Assembly (NCBI GenBank): GCA_029717555.1
Contig: JAMDHS010000065.1
Location: 1 to 64,000 of the forward strand
DNA from: Peribolospora baueri
Lineage: Eukaryota
Length of the DNA: 64,000 nt
Direction: 5' to 3'
The position numbers and the translations under genes are program-made. A model generated the notes under the pieces. That model was given only the letters and a program-made list of their open reading frames with translations. It did no database searches and had not been told where the DNA came from. This document shows positions 1 to 11,966 of this stretch, in pieces (the first letter of the stretch is position 1; each line of letters opens with the position of its first letter).

Positions 1-160
1 AGTGAAAAAAAAAAAAAAAAAAAAAAAAAAGTAACAAAAAAGGACAAAGGCGAGAAAAAATAAGTGAGAACGGGATGGAGAGGGAGTGAAAAAGGGGCTA
101 CAGCGATGGGATCGTCGAGCGTCTCAGATATCCATTCTAATATGACATGGTGAAAGCGGT

Positions 161-3100
161 TTAGTTCTTGACGCCGGCGGCGCCCGTGGGATGGGCGATT
201 GCAGTGAGGTGGTGGTAGAACGCGACATGCGAAGCGGTGGGGCCGCATTGGTAGACGACTGCGGAGAGCAAAGGGCGCTCGTTCAGTACCGGGGCCAGTG
301 AAATAGGGCGCTAAGACGATGGCAAAATGGCTCACAGCTCGCGGCGACGTAAGAGGAGAACATGGACTTGGCGTACGCGGCTGTCAAGTAAGACGACGAA
401 AGGCAGTCAGGGAGAGGCCGTCGGTCGGTCGGGTGAGCGTGCGTTGAACGGTTAGCGCGTCCTCAGAGTCGCCCCGTCCATTCCAATCAACTCACGCGGC
501 AAGCGCTTCAAGATGACATCCAAGCCAACTTTCTTGATGAGCGTCTGCGGAACGACGCGCTCCATGACCGAGCGACGGAGGTTCTGCTGGTCGTACAGGT
601 CCGTCTGCTCCAGCTCCTCCTGAAGGCTGTTCAGCGTCCGCGACAGCTCGTCCGAGACAAGCGTGCGCGCCTTGCCCGTCTTGATGCTCTCTCTCCAGAT
701 GGCGGCAAACCTGCATAGTACCACGTCGGAAAGGGTGCCGAAGAGAGCAATCCGATCAGCGTTGACGTTCCGAGGCGCCCTGCGAGCCTAAACCAAAATA
801 CAACGGAGATCCAACTCACTCGGCCGCAGCGTTGGCAGTGATGATGGTCTGGATATCCCGAACGTAGCTCAGGTAGAACGGCGTTGGCTTGCCGTCTTGG
901 AAGAGCATGAGAGAGAGGTACTCCTCGTCGGACAGGGCGAGACCGCAAAGCACCTCAAGAGAGGAAGACGTGACGCCGCCCTTGTTCGCACTTGCGTCCT
1001 TGAACAGGATGACCTTCTTCCTCTCCAGCTCCAGACGAGCTTGATGAGTGATGAAAAGGTTGGCGCCCTCCACGATGTACTGGTGAATTCGAGCCGTGAG
1101 GACCGACTCATCGGCTAACGAGCTCCGACGAAGAACAAGCGCGGCTGGTGACTCACCTTGAAATGCGGCTTGCCCTCGGCATCAAAGAGGTTAGACACGT
1201 TGGAGATGTTGATCGCCTCGGGACGACCGCCGCAAGGCACGAAGAGGTCGGACTTGAAGCGGAAATGGGCGTTGTTGCGGAACTGCACGCCGTCGGGCAC
1301 GAGCTCTCCGGCTATGAAGGAAACGATAGGAAGACGTCAAATGGGGCACCGAAATCGAGCACGAACGTCTCCGGCACTCACAAGGCAACCGAACATCGGT
1401 CTCGTCAACGAGCACGCGATATCCGTCCTTGGACAGCTTGGACGTATCGAACTCGGAGATGGTCACGCGACGCTTGGCGAGCCTGACGAGCTCGGCCCGA
1501 TCGATACCGTGAGGGTCATGGAGGACGCCGGAGCCGTCGATGATGGCCACCGTCTTGTCGGTGCTGAGCAAGATCTCGTTGCTACCCAGGTCACCGTCCG
1601 GTCCTCCGGTCTGTACCTTGGTTATCTCTGATTCCTTGAGGCCGAGCTGCCTGTAAATACCGACGATGTACTGTCGCACGCTCTGTAAAGAGTGGCAAGG
1701 ACGAAGGAGTGGTGGACATGAGAAGACCTGCCAATCTGGGCGAGCCATCATTCACGAAACGACTGCTCGCTCACCAAAGACTGCATTGGACATGATGCGA
1801 TAAAGACAGAACGAGCGAGTTAGCTCTGCAGCCTAACGGACAGTCCACCGCGTGGTTCCAGTGAATCGAACACTCACCGTCATGCCCCATACGTCGTGCG
1901 GAACGCCGCCGAGCGTAGCGGCCGTCTTTCCGGTCGTAAAGGCTACGTATGTAAGGGACGGCGAACGTAAGCCAAATCCGGAAGACGGGGCCAAGTTGAG
2001 CGAGAAGGTACGATATTGAGATGGACATCACGTCACGGTCACTCACACTTCCACCAGGGAGCGCCACGTTCGCGAGCGTGCACTGCGAAGCGAGTTCCGC
2101 GGGAGACAACGGGGTCAGCTGAGCCAGCCCGCTTGGAGGCAAGCAAGCGCGCAGGAGGAGGTCCCTCCACTCACGAGCGGCCCAGTCCATCATACCGGCA
2201 GTGCCCTCGTCGGGACCAAGGAACTGCGAAAAAAAGCGGGCAGAGCGCGGCGACGCGATGATCATCAACACGATAGCTCGACTCCGAGCCAACCGATCCA
2301 GAAAGCGTTCGTTCGACCGGCGGACTGAACCTCACCAGCAGCTCGTCTTTCTTGAGCAGGTCCACAATCTCGATTTTGACACCGGGCGTAGAGCCCTTGA
2401 TGAGCAGGTCGAGGATTGCGTCGACGTACTTCTCAAACCTGCAGACGGCAAGGGAAAGAAAGGGCGAATGCAGGTGATGAGCCATGACGGTCGATGCTAC
2501 CCTTAATCGGCGATGTCGGGACATGCAGACCATCGACACTCACGCCAGCTTGGGATCAGCGTCGAGGTCAGGGAAGATAACGCCCTTGGCGCCGCCTTCG
2601 GGAATGTCCTCTGACGGCGCGAGAGAAACGCGAAAAAAGACATACGACGTCGTTCATTCAGCCCGCGTCGACGCAAACGTCAAGTCCAGTGCCTCTCCCC
2701 TCGCTCCGCCTCGCCCACTACTCACTGTTCTTCAACGCTTGCGTCGAGGCAAGGGCATAGTTCTCGTCGAACAGGGTGCGCTGGTTGATGGAGAAGGCCT
2801 CCTTGTTGCGCGAGCGGATGATGCGGATTCCGCCGCGAGCGACGTCACGGAAGCGCACGTGGAAGCCGCGGAACTGGACGCCGACGACGAACATGATGCC
2901 GAACGGCTTGACGGGATACTCTTCCTCTGGGAGGAAGGAGGCTGTGCGTGGAAAGGTTGTGGATGAGGGCACGTTCGCGGGAACGCTGGAAAGAAAAGAA
3001 AAAAAAATGAAAGCACCACTTACGATGGAGCCTGAAGCTGATGGCGACCTTGGTCGGAGCTAGAAAAGTGACACACAAGCACCACGGCTTTCAGTCAGCC

Positions 3101-5470
3101 ACGTTCCTTGCGCTCCCACATAAAACTACAAAAGTGGACAGAGACCCACTGTAAAAGTTGGTCCTCAGCGTAGCCTTGTTGAAGATGAGGAACGCCTGGA
3201 GCACTTGCAGTTCGTGGGTGTTGGTGGCGGCCTTGCGGATCTTGTCGTACACCTGCTCGTCGGTGAGGACGGCCTCGGTGCGGAGGCGCTGGTAGGACAG
3301 GGTGGGGCTGCGAATGGCCGGGAGCAAGCGAAGTAAATGGGACGTCCGCACTGGCTGTGAGAGGGAGAGGAAAAAGAAAGCCGTTGCAACGTACACTAGT
3401 TGGTCATTCTCAGCGCCAGGGTAGTGAACGTTGGCAAAGTGGACGTAGAGCGTCCGGATCTGGGAGTTTATGAAAAGGGAGGAGGGAGAGAATGGAGGGA
3501 ACATGATGGATCAGTGCGCGAACCGAGCGGACGCACTCTTTCACGGGGTGTATGCCAGACGACATGATACGAAACTCACCAGTTCAGGATGGGCAAGAAT
3601 GACATCCTGAATACTCTGCCTGGTGAACGTTTCCTCCCTGAAGCGCACGCGGATGTCGTTGAGCACGGTCGCATGAACCGGGTTGGACTCGTCGAGGACA
3701 TTCCTCAGCGCTGCGTATGCTTGACCCAACCGGTCTGTGTACACGAACCGGGCGCCAAGACGAGGGGAGGGGAGAAAGGGGAAAGGAGGATGGTGAGCAC
3801 TCGATTGATGGATGCGATCGACATGGCGAGGCGGGCGATGCTTACTGCAGAAATGCTGGGCGAAGATGAAGCCGACATATGCGTACCTGTTGGGTGGAAT
3901 GGGAGAAGGAAAGCGTTTGTTAGAGGCACGATAAAACTTCTAGTTTCGTCCACGGCAATGAAAGAGACTCACGTCGCCTCCTGGACGGCATGGCCAAGAC
4001 CGGGCTCGACAGTGCCGGAGAAGAAGGGGTCTGCGTACGGGATGGCATCGTGAGATTATGAAGACGGTGGGAACGCGAGCGAATAGACGGCCGTACTGAC
4101 TGTCAGGGAGGACATAAATTAAAGAGATCTCCTTGGTGATCTGGTGGATGGAATGCTCGATAGGCGGGCCGCGCGAGTTGGGAAGCGGGTTGAGGTAGCA
4201 GGAAATGATAGTCTGGAAAGGAAAATAAGATAAAATTAGGCGGTACGGATAACAAAGAGACGGCATGGCGGTGGCGCACTCACCACGCCATTGCTGAACT
4301 GCTCGACGTACTTGCGCGAGCTGTAGAGGCCGTAAAAGTGATAGAGGTCGCTGAGGGCAGAGAAGAAGTGCTTGGTGGTGCCCATGCGATAGCCGATGAC
4401 CACCCTCTTTTCCCTCGAGCCCTCCACCTCGAAGAGCTCGATGACGGGGCCATGCCTCATGAGGGTCTGCTCCATGACGCTCTGGTAGATGGCCATCGTG
4501 TTCTCCGAGGCCTTGGAGAGGAAGGTGCGGTCGGAGACGTGGCGGATGTCGGAGTAGGATGGGTCGGAGGGAACGGGGGTGGGGTTGTCGAAGTGGCACT
4601 TGGCGAGGAAGTAGCAGCGCAGCTGCTGGGACGACTTTGCGGAAACGGGGCCTGTGGAACGGTACGTCTCGAGGCGGTAGGCTTTGTCGGGGGACGTCGA
4701 GGCGTCAAGGTAGTTCTCGTCGATCCTGGGGAAGAAGGAGATGGAGGAGCGACGGTGAGCGCGGACCATGGTGTCATGCGTGCCTTGTGCGCTTCGCTTC
4801 GCTCGCTCGCTCGCCCGCACTCACTTCCTCTCCCAAAGCGGGCCATCAAGCTGGCTCCTACCGGGCTGAGAGCTGTGAATATAAACAGCGCCTTCTTCGC
4901 TCTCCTTCTCGAGATCAATCTCGAGCCGGTTCGAGTGCTTGGTATAGGCCATAATCTTGGCTCCAAAGAGGGCAAGGACGTGATCGGCGACGGTGTCTAC
5001 GGACTCGAGACGAAAGTAAGTGTCGTCTATTCCAAGGTTCCTGAGGTGGGGGGAGAGGGGGGGGAGGCGGTGAGCGGAGATGAGCTGGGGGAAGACGGAG
5101 GAGGACAAGACGCACTGATAAAACCAGGCGACCTCGGCGCTGACGAGCTCGGGGGGGATGAAGCCCTTCTGGCGGAGGAGGGCCTCTACCTTGGCGGCCT
5201 GTTCACGCTTGCCTTCGAAGACCTCATCGCGGTAGCCACTGGAAAGGGGGGGGGTTCACGGAGTCAGCCGATCCGATCTTCCTTCGTACGTTCTTCGACT
5301 CGCCCACCTACGCACGTGTCGTTGGCGACCTTGTGGTCGATGGGGGTGGCGGACCTCATGGGTGTGCTGGGGACGGAGAGCAGGGCTGCCTTGACGTTGT
5401 GAAGGCTGAGAGGGTCATTGTGGGCGAGGGGGCCGGAGGAAGGGGACGGGGACGGGTTCGGGCTGGCCAT
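161..5470 (-). CDS. GDH2: NAD-specific glutamate dehydrogenase (large fungal type), many GT-AG introns
   Basis: Spliced translation gives family motifs FRGFHVRFRDVARGGIRIIRS, KNKDIPEGGAKG, FLGPDEGTAGMMDWAA, GMTSLSVRQY, QTGGPDGDLGSNEIL, DLFVPCGGRPE, IVEGANLFIT and KDASANKGGVTSSSLEVL. ATG at 5470; TAA at 163-161. Confidence 0.96.
1775..1780 (-). other. 6-nt microexon (TCTTTG = Ser-Leu) of GDH2
   Basis: Minus strand reads tgcag|TCTTTG|gtgagc and supplies SL in G-M-T-[S-L]-S-V-R-Q-Y. Confidence 0.85.
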
Positions 5471-6132
5471 GGCGGAGAGGAAAGAGGGTGGAGTTGGAGG
5501 GAGGGAGGGAGGAGAGAAAGGAGATGGTGGGGGATGTGAGAAGGGAGGTGGAGTCGGAGTCGGAGCGGGTATGTTTTATGTTTTATGTCGCTGCACCGAG
5601 TCGAGTCGAGCCCAGCCGAGTCGAATAGAAACGAGCCGAGTGGGTCGGGTCCGCAGACGACGAAGACAACGACGACCACCGCCGTCCTTGGCCGTCCTTG
5701 TCCGTCCCTACGTCTACGTCAGCCGTCTGTGTGTCTTTGTGGCTGTCTGACTGGCTGGTCAGCGTCCGCCCGGAGTGCGTCTCTCTCTCCGGCGTCTACG
5801 GCGACTGACTGGGCGTCGTGCAGCGGTCGTTGGGGTTGGACGCCAGGCGGGGGACACCGACCGGCTTTCGTCCCTCGGCGACTAACCACGAGGTCGAGGC
5901 CAGGCCAGGCGATGCGACGCAAGGCAAGGCAAGGCGAGGAGAGGAGAGGCGGGAGAGGAGAGCAGAGCAGGACGGAGCGGAGCACGCGAGCGAGCCGTTC
6001 GATCGCAGGAGGCGGGGGCGAGAGCGATATCGACGGTGGCGCCCGGCCGGGGGCGGGCTCAAGCGCACTCAAGAGACCAGGCCAAGTCGATAGATAGTCT
6101 TCCCTGGTCTATTGGCTTGGGGTATAAAAATA

Positions 6133-6689
6133 CAGTCAACGCTGTCTATAAGCACAAGAGTTGTATAGCCCGAGGGCTATGCAGTGTGCGGGAGGGAGAC
6201 TACCCAGAGGAGTCTATGCATATTTGCCGCCAGTCGTTGCCACAGTCGACAGCGTCCGTCAAGGCATGAATTCCAAGCTTTACTGTAATGTTCAAGAAGA
6301 AGCGTGTGCAGAAAAGAATCGTCGAAGGTCGGTTTGTTTACGCGGCTCGTTGACATGTTCTTTGAAAGAGATGGTGAAACGCGGACAAGCAACCACGTGT
6401 AGTAATGTTAGAACGAAAACCGCAGTAACACAGTTTGCCTACATAGTCATGCCCGCTTTCAGCCGCGTAAACACGGTGAACGTGACCCTCAACCCTAACT
6501 ATGCATGCCGAGGGCGCATAAGTGGTAAGGACGGCACCGGCGTCAGTGCTATGCAATATGCGGGTATGTCAGTATGCATATAGACCGGTATTGGCTGGGA
6601 GCAGTCAATTTTTGGCTGGGGACAAGCGGGAAAGGGAGATCGCTATGCACTATGCGAAGGCATGCCTATGGACCCGACAGGGTTGACTG
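6133..6689. mobile_element. Non-autonomous Tc1/mariner-type element (MITE), 557 bp
   Basis: TA|CAGTCAACGCTGTC ... GACAGGGTTGACTG|TA: 14-bp terminal inverted repeats matching at 13/14, starting CAGT, with TA on both sides. Lower GC than the flanking genes and no transposase ORF. Confidence 0.75.
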
Positions 6690-7497
6690 TATTGGCTTTT
6701 AAAGGGTACTTACTTGCCTGCCTCGGGCGGCCTCATGTAAACCAAGCTCCCAAATCGAGGCAGGTATGGCGTTTCCGTACCTGACTATTCCGACTCGATC
6801 GAACACCATTTCCTAACGACAGCGAACTCTGGGCCGGTCACATCGGAACATCGTCGACCGCAAGATCGGATCTGTCGGTGTCCTGGAAGGTATGACTGTT
6901 CTAAGGCTGCCCAGGGCTTCCGGACTGGCCATAACGTATATGAGCGTACCCCCGAGCACAGCTTCCACCATGCACATCTTTCCGGCATGCGTTTTCCCTA
7001 AATTTGCTTCACAATTCACAGTCTGCGCCGTTTCTCTATTGTCTATCCGCCTTGTTCATGAATAGACCGACAAACAGCCTGGCTGAGAAACAGCCAATTG
7101 CTTTACATGGCTGCTGGTCATTAGACACTCTCTCTGATACACTCTTCGGCTTCAGAGATTGGCTAAACACAATGCCCGTCCGTCCGTCTTCCCGGCATGC
7201 CGTTCTCAATTTACTTGACAAAAGGACCTCCCATTACGCACTGGACAGTTTCCTTTTTGTCGATCCGTCTTGTCATGAATAGATCGATTATCAGAGTGCC
7301 TGAGAGACGCCCGAGTGCTTGACACGGTCTCGTCCCTTCCGCAGCTCTCCTTGCGCTAGACGTCGGCCGAGTCGGACGCGCTGGGGTCCCATCGGCCTAG
7401 GAAGTGGACACGCAAAGCCAACGGGGACCGCGTCGTCCCTCGACGCGCCCCTCCGCGAAGGGTGACTTGGGATCCCGGGGCCTTTTTTCTGCTGCAG

Positions 7498-8263
7498 ACA
7501 CATCGTTGGCACTTCTGTCGAGTTCCTCTCCAAGGTAAAACTCTCCGTCGAGTCCCATATCGAAAAAAATCGCCCCCGAGCTCCCTTTTTGGCAAACCGT
7601 CTCCAACAATCTGCTGAATCGAGCACATCGAACACCCCTGCCGACAAGAATGCGCTCCGGCGCGAAAAACGCCGTCGCGAGCTCGACGACCCCAACAGCG
7701 CTCGTTTGGCAGCGCAGAGGGCCAGGGACGAAGAGAGGAGGATGCAGAGGGAGCCAGAAGTCGAGGCGTACTTGCGCCATGAATTGGGCCCTGAACGTGT
7801 GGAGTATGCTATTGGAGCATAGCCTAGTCAACCTCACCGTGCAGCATCTAAAGCGTCTGCTGGACGCGATGAGGCCGCTCGTCATTGTCTCTTTTTCGTC
7901 GCCACCGTGATCGTGGACGACTGGACCTCCATTGCGTCATCCGCATCGGACGACTTGGCCTCCATGCCTGTTTCTCTGTCGGAGATGCATGGAGACGTGT
8001 ACCGTCAGCGCATGGCGGCAAAGCTTGCGCGACAAGGTCAGCCTGTGCCCGACGTCACGAAAATCAAGGCGACAGCGCAGGGCGACGTGGAGGGCAGGCC
8101 GATCACCCGCTTCCTGCAACTCCCCCTGGAGCTCGCTCGGAGCCTGTGGTGGAGGGAGCGGATCGAGAGAGGAGAGGGGGAACCCAAGCTGTCAATGTGG
8201 GACGTGACGGGGAAGAAGGGAAGTGAGGGACCGCCAATTAAGCGGAAAAGACGCAGACAGTGA
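7498..8263 (+). CDS. Orphan hypothetical protein or gene relic, charged, with basic C-terminus (KRKRRRQ)
   Basis: ORFs 7589-7822 and 7907-8263 are in the same frame and separated by one TAG that a ~48-nt GT-AG intron (~7797-7844) could remove. A polypyrimidine-CAG acceptor lies at ~7497. 5' end not resolved. Confidence 0.35.
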
Positions 8264-8557
8264 CTGGTCGTGTTATGTACATAAAAAAACAAGGCGTCGT
8301 GCTGCACACGAGGCCGTGGCGCGTGGTTGGTGCTCGCTGGTTGAATGAATAATGTTCGTCGTACAACGTTACGCGGCGACTACGCCGCAATGTCCGCTCG
8401 GTCGCGTCGCAATGATCGTTCACGTGCGCGTCGTAGACGTGCGAGCGAGTGTTGAGTTTTCTTTGCGCAGACGCCGGGTCAGGCCGCCCCGTGTACGCAA
8501 AGCGCTTTGATATTTGTAGGGCTGCAGCAGTGAAATGCAACATCCCTTTGATGTTTG

Positions 8558-8629
8558 GCTTCTTTAGCTCAATGGCAGAGCACCGGCTTTCTAATCCGGA
8601 GGTTGCGGGTTCGAGTCCCGTAAGAAGCT
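8558..8629 (+). tRNA. tRNA-Arg (anticodon TCT), intronless
   Basis: Cloverleaf: acceptor GCTTCTT/AAGAAGC, D arm GCTC-AATGGCA-GAGC, anticodon loop TT-TCT-AA (8590-8592), T arm GCGGG-TTCGAGT-CCCGT, followed by TTTT at ~8633. Confidence 0.92.
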
Positions 8630-9697
8630 GGATTTTGCTGCGCTGCGCTGTGGGCCTGCCGCGGTCGATAGTCATGAGACTGTCTTGTTGTTTGTATTTT
8701 TCTTTTTTTGTCTTTTCTGCAGTCGCCTCGGAGGCGGGCCAGGGGCGGCTTTTCCTGGCCGAGACAATAAGGGAGGCTATAGGCACGTACAGAACGAGAC
8801 TAGGCCAGCCGGACGCGACCCCGTCTTGCCGCCGGTGATCACGCCCGCGGCGCGCCCTGCATGTACCACGTGGACTGAGAACGCCCATGGAGCCAAACAA
8901 TGGAGCGTCACGAGAAGGCTCCTTCCTGTTTCTCTATGCAGCCGCACCCCCGCCGTACCGGCATCGTGGATGGCTGGTTGGCGGGCGGGCTGGTTGGTTG
9001 GAGGTGGGCGGGTGGGGATGCCGGAGACGTCGAGGCGCAGGTGGGTGTAGTTGTGGAATGCGACCGTTCGTTCGTACATTTACATCCGGGAACATGTGGC
9101 CAGAGCGCGGGACAGCCTGTCAAGGAGGTGAGGTAGGGGGAGGAAGGGAAGGGGCCCGCGGATCACGGCGTCCGTCCACGCGACCCAGCTCAACCCAACG
9201 AACGAAGCGAACACCCCGACCTTCCCGCTCACCTGTCGCCCGTCGCCCTTCTTTCTCCTTCAGCACCCGCTCTCGTCGGCCGGCAGCGCCACACCCCCAA
9301 TTTTCTCTTTCCCGCGCCCTCACTCCACCACCTTCCTTATTAGCCGCCGCCCCATATTTTGGCTGGATGGGTTCGGGCTGGGTATTCCAAGATGGATGGA
9401 AGGACGCCCCCGGCGATGAGATTTTTTTCTCCAGCTAGCTGACATAGACAGGTAGACAGACAGATGTCTCGAGACGGCTCGTTCGCACCGTCCCATCTCC
9501 TTCTTCCGTATGTCGTGTATGTTCTCCGCTCCGTTCGCCCATGTCACCCATGTACGATAATGACCTACACCCACCACTTGCCCTCTTCCACTTTCCTTAG
9601 CCCTCGTCACGTCACGTGGCAACCAACCCTGCACGCTGACTGACGAACCGAACGATATGCGAAAGAAGAGCTAGCTCCCACTGGGAGGGGGGGGGCA

Positions 9698-11543
9698 TCA
9701 TGCGGCGTCGGCGTCGGCCTCGCCACCACTCCGTGGAGGCACGCCTTCCGTCGTGCTCTTCTCGCCTTGCACGGCCTCTGGCTTGATCGCCTTGATGCTC
9801 CGTCCAGTCTGACGGCCCGAGACGTAGTCTATTCCAAGTATTCCAAGGAGCGGGTGCGGGGAATCGATCGATGGATGGACGGATGGATACGCAAATGTCA
9901 GCGTCGTCCCCACTCGTGGACGAATCGGACTGGATTGCGCTCGTCGCCCCACTCACCCTGTGCGATCACGGTCAGACCGCCCTTGAGCACGTCCACCATC
10001 GCGTCCTCCACCCACTCGTTCTGCTCCCAAGGCACGTCCAGCCAACTCCCCGGTAGCGCTTGCGTGACGGTACGATGGGAGAGCGCGTTGTTCGGGTCTT
10101 GGAGCAAAAGGACAAAGAACAGGTGTCTCTGCGCTTCCGGACTCGAACCGAGCGCGTCCTTCGACTCTCCTTGCTCCTCGCCCTCGCCCAGCGGGTAGAA
10201 GGGAAGCGCGGCCAGACAGGGCTGGATGCGAAGAAAGACAGGACAAGTCGTCACCGGCACCAACACGTTTGGGCTGCGCGCTGTCGGCTTCGGCGTCGCC
10301 TCATATCGCTTGATGAGAGATTCCAAATTGGCCTGCAGACAGCACAGCGGTGAGGCGTGAGCACGCCGCCGACGTCGCCGCCAATCAAAGCTCGAACGAA
10401 AGAACGCTCACTTCTGCCAGCTTGTACGCCGCCTGGAATCCGTCGATCGCATTAAGGTCCCTCTCCGCCCCTGCCTCTTCCTTCCTCTTTTCCTCCTCCC
10501 GCTTGTTCACCACCAGGTCGCCGCCGTTCTCCACCTGCTCCATCACCTTGGCGAGCACCTTGTACACCAATGACTCGATGCCGTCGTAACCCACCATGTC
10601 GTGGCTCAGCGTGATCTCGATCACCTCGTGTTCCGCGATGGGAGGTGCCACGGCATTGAGGATGTCCGACAACGTGCTTCGTCCGACCGTCGAAAGGTCG
10701 TGGCCTGCTCCCAGGCCCAGGCCGGAATGAATACGAGGTCAACGGCTGAACCGCCGCCCAGTCCTCCTTTCCACTCACTCACTCACCAATCTTCTCCAGC
10801 TGCACATTCTTCACATAGTCCCTCACATTCTCACCCCACTTTCTCGCCTGCTCATTCTTCTGCAAGTTCCTCACCTGCTCGTCCGCTGCGTTGCGAGCTT
10901 GTTGGAGCACGTTGCTGGCTTGCGACCACATCGCGCCCCACGACGAGCCGCCTCCCCAAGACCCCCAGCCGCCGTCACCATCGCTTTCTCCTTGAGCAGT
11001 GGCCTCTTTCTTCGTGGGAACGGACTGAGACGCCGCAGAGTCGCCAAAAGGCGGAGTTTTGCTCTGTCCAGCCCCGCCGGGAGAGCGCTGCGAGTCACTC
11101 GAAACCCTCCCACTTCCAGACGCCGCGGCCACTGTCGGACCCTTGAGTGAACCGCGTGATGACGCCCTCGACAGGTCTGCCCGGACTGAACCGGGCCCAT
11201 CAGAGGGCGGACGGGCGATGCCGGCGTCGCCCAAGCTCTTTCGCGCCGTGGAGGCGGCGAGTTCATCGAACGAGTCGAGCAGCGCCTGCGCCTCGTCCAT
11301 CTTCGTTCCGCCCCCGCTTCCTACTCCAGAAGCCTGAGTCGCTATCGCGGCCCCACCGGCAGGAGGGTTAGAAGATGACTCTTTGGAGGAGCTCGAGGAA
11401 GCCTTCGGGCGGGCCTGGGCGCCGGACAGGGCGCGGCGGGGCGCCGGCTCGGCGCCGAGCGACTCGAGCTCGTCAAGCAGGCGCTGCGCATCGTCCCGTG
11501 CTGGGGTCGCCAAAGCTTTCTTTTGCTGTTCCTGGTCGGTCAT
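9698..11543 (-). CDS. MTC1: Maintenance of telomere capping protein 1 (DUF5427-like), 4 exons
   Basis: Low-complexity N-terminus with GGWGSWGG, then LSDILNAVAPPIAEHEVIEITLSHDMVGYDGIESLVY, VFLRIQP and HRTVTQALPGSW...NEWVED, which I recognise from fungal Mtc1. Confidence 0.82.
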
Positions 11544-11966
11544 GCTGTATGTCCGTCCGTCCGTCGAGGGGCTTGTGCTCGTCGTCGTCGTCGTCGTCGT
11601 CGCGGCCGAGCGCGCGCTCCGGGCGCTGGTGATCGGCCCCCACCACCAGTGGCGGCACGTGACGTGGCAGCCTGTGCATGGCGCCGAGCCACTCTTGACC
11701 AGATCACCGTCACGTTCTCGCTTCCTGCTGCATCCCAGGCGACGAGCAACTCGTCTCGAACCTAGACCCCCATCTCCCCTCTCCACGCACATCTACGCAT
11801 ACACTCGCTCCCGTTTATTGGCTCCTTCCCCTTTACCGTTGTTGCCGCCGTCGCTCGCTAGGGACTCGCATCGTTTCATAGAACGTAGATTCGCCGTCAT
11901 CCCAGTCGAGCTCACCAACGTCCAACGCCGTTGTCGAACGCCGCTCCCTTTCGGCGCCCAGAAGCC

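Noticed and set aside
4338..5402. 354-codon + strand ORF, and similar long antisense ORFs such as 25114-26103 and 48955-49587
   Set aside because: Antisense shadows of GC-rich coding exons with no recognisable motifs.
6707..6765. TACTTACTTG followed by a 9-bp hairpin (CCTGCCTCG/CGAGGCAGG), resembling a variant U1 snRNA 5' end
   Set aside because: No U1-70K loop (GATCACG), U1A loop (ATTGCAC) or Sm site was seen, and TACTTAC is simply the reverse complement of a GTAAGTA donor.
8238..8900. 220-codon minus-strand ORF and the overlapping + strand ORF 8449-8838
   Set aside because: They run across the tRNA gene (LTGLEPATSGLESRCSAIEL is translated antisense tRNA) and are spurious.
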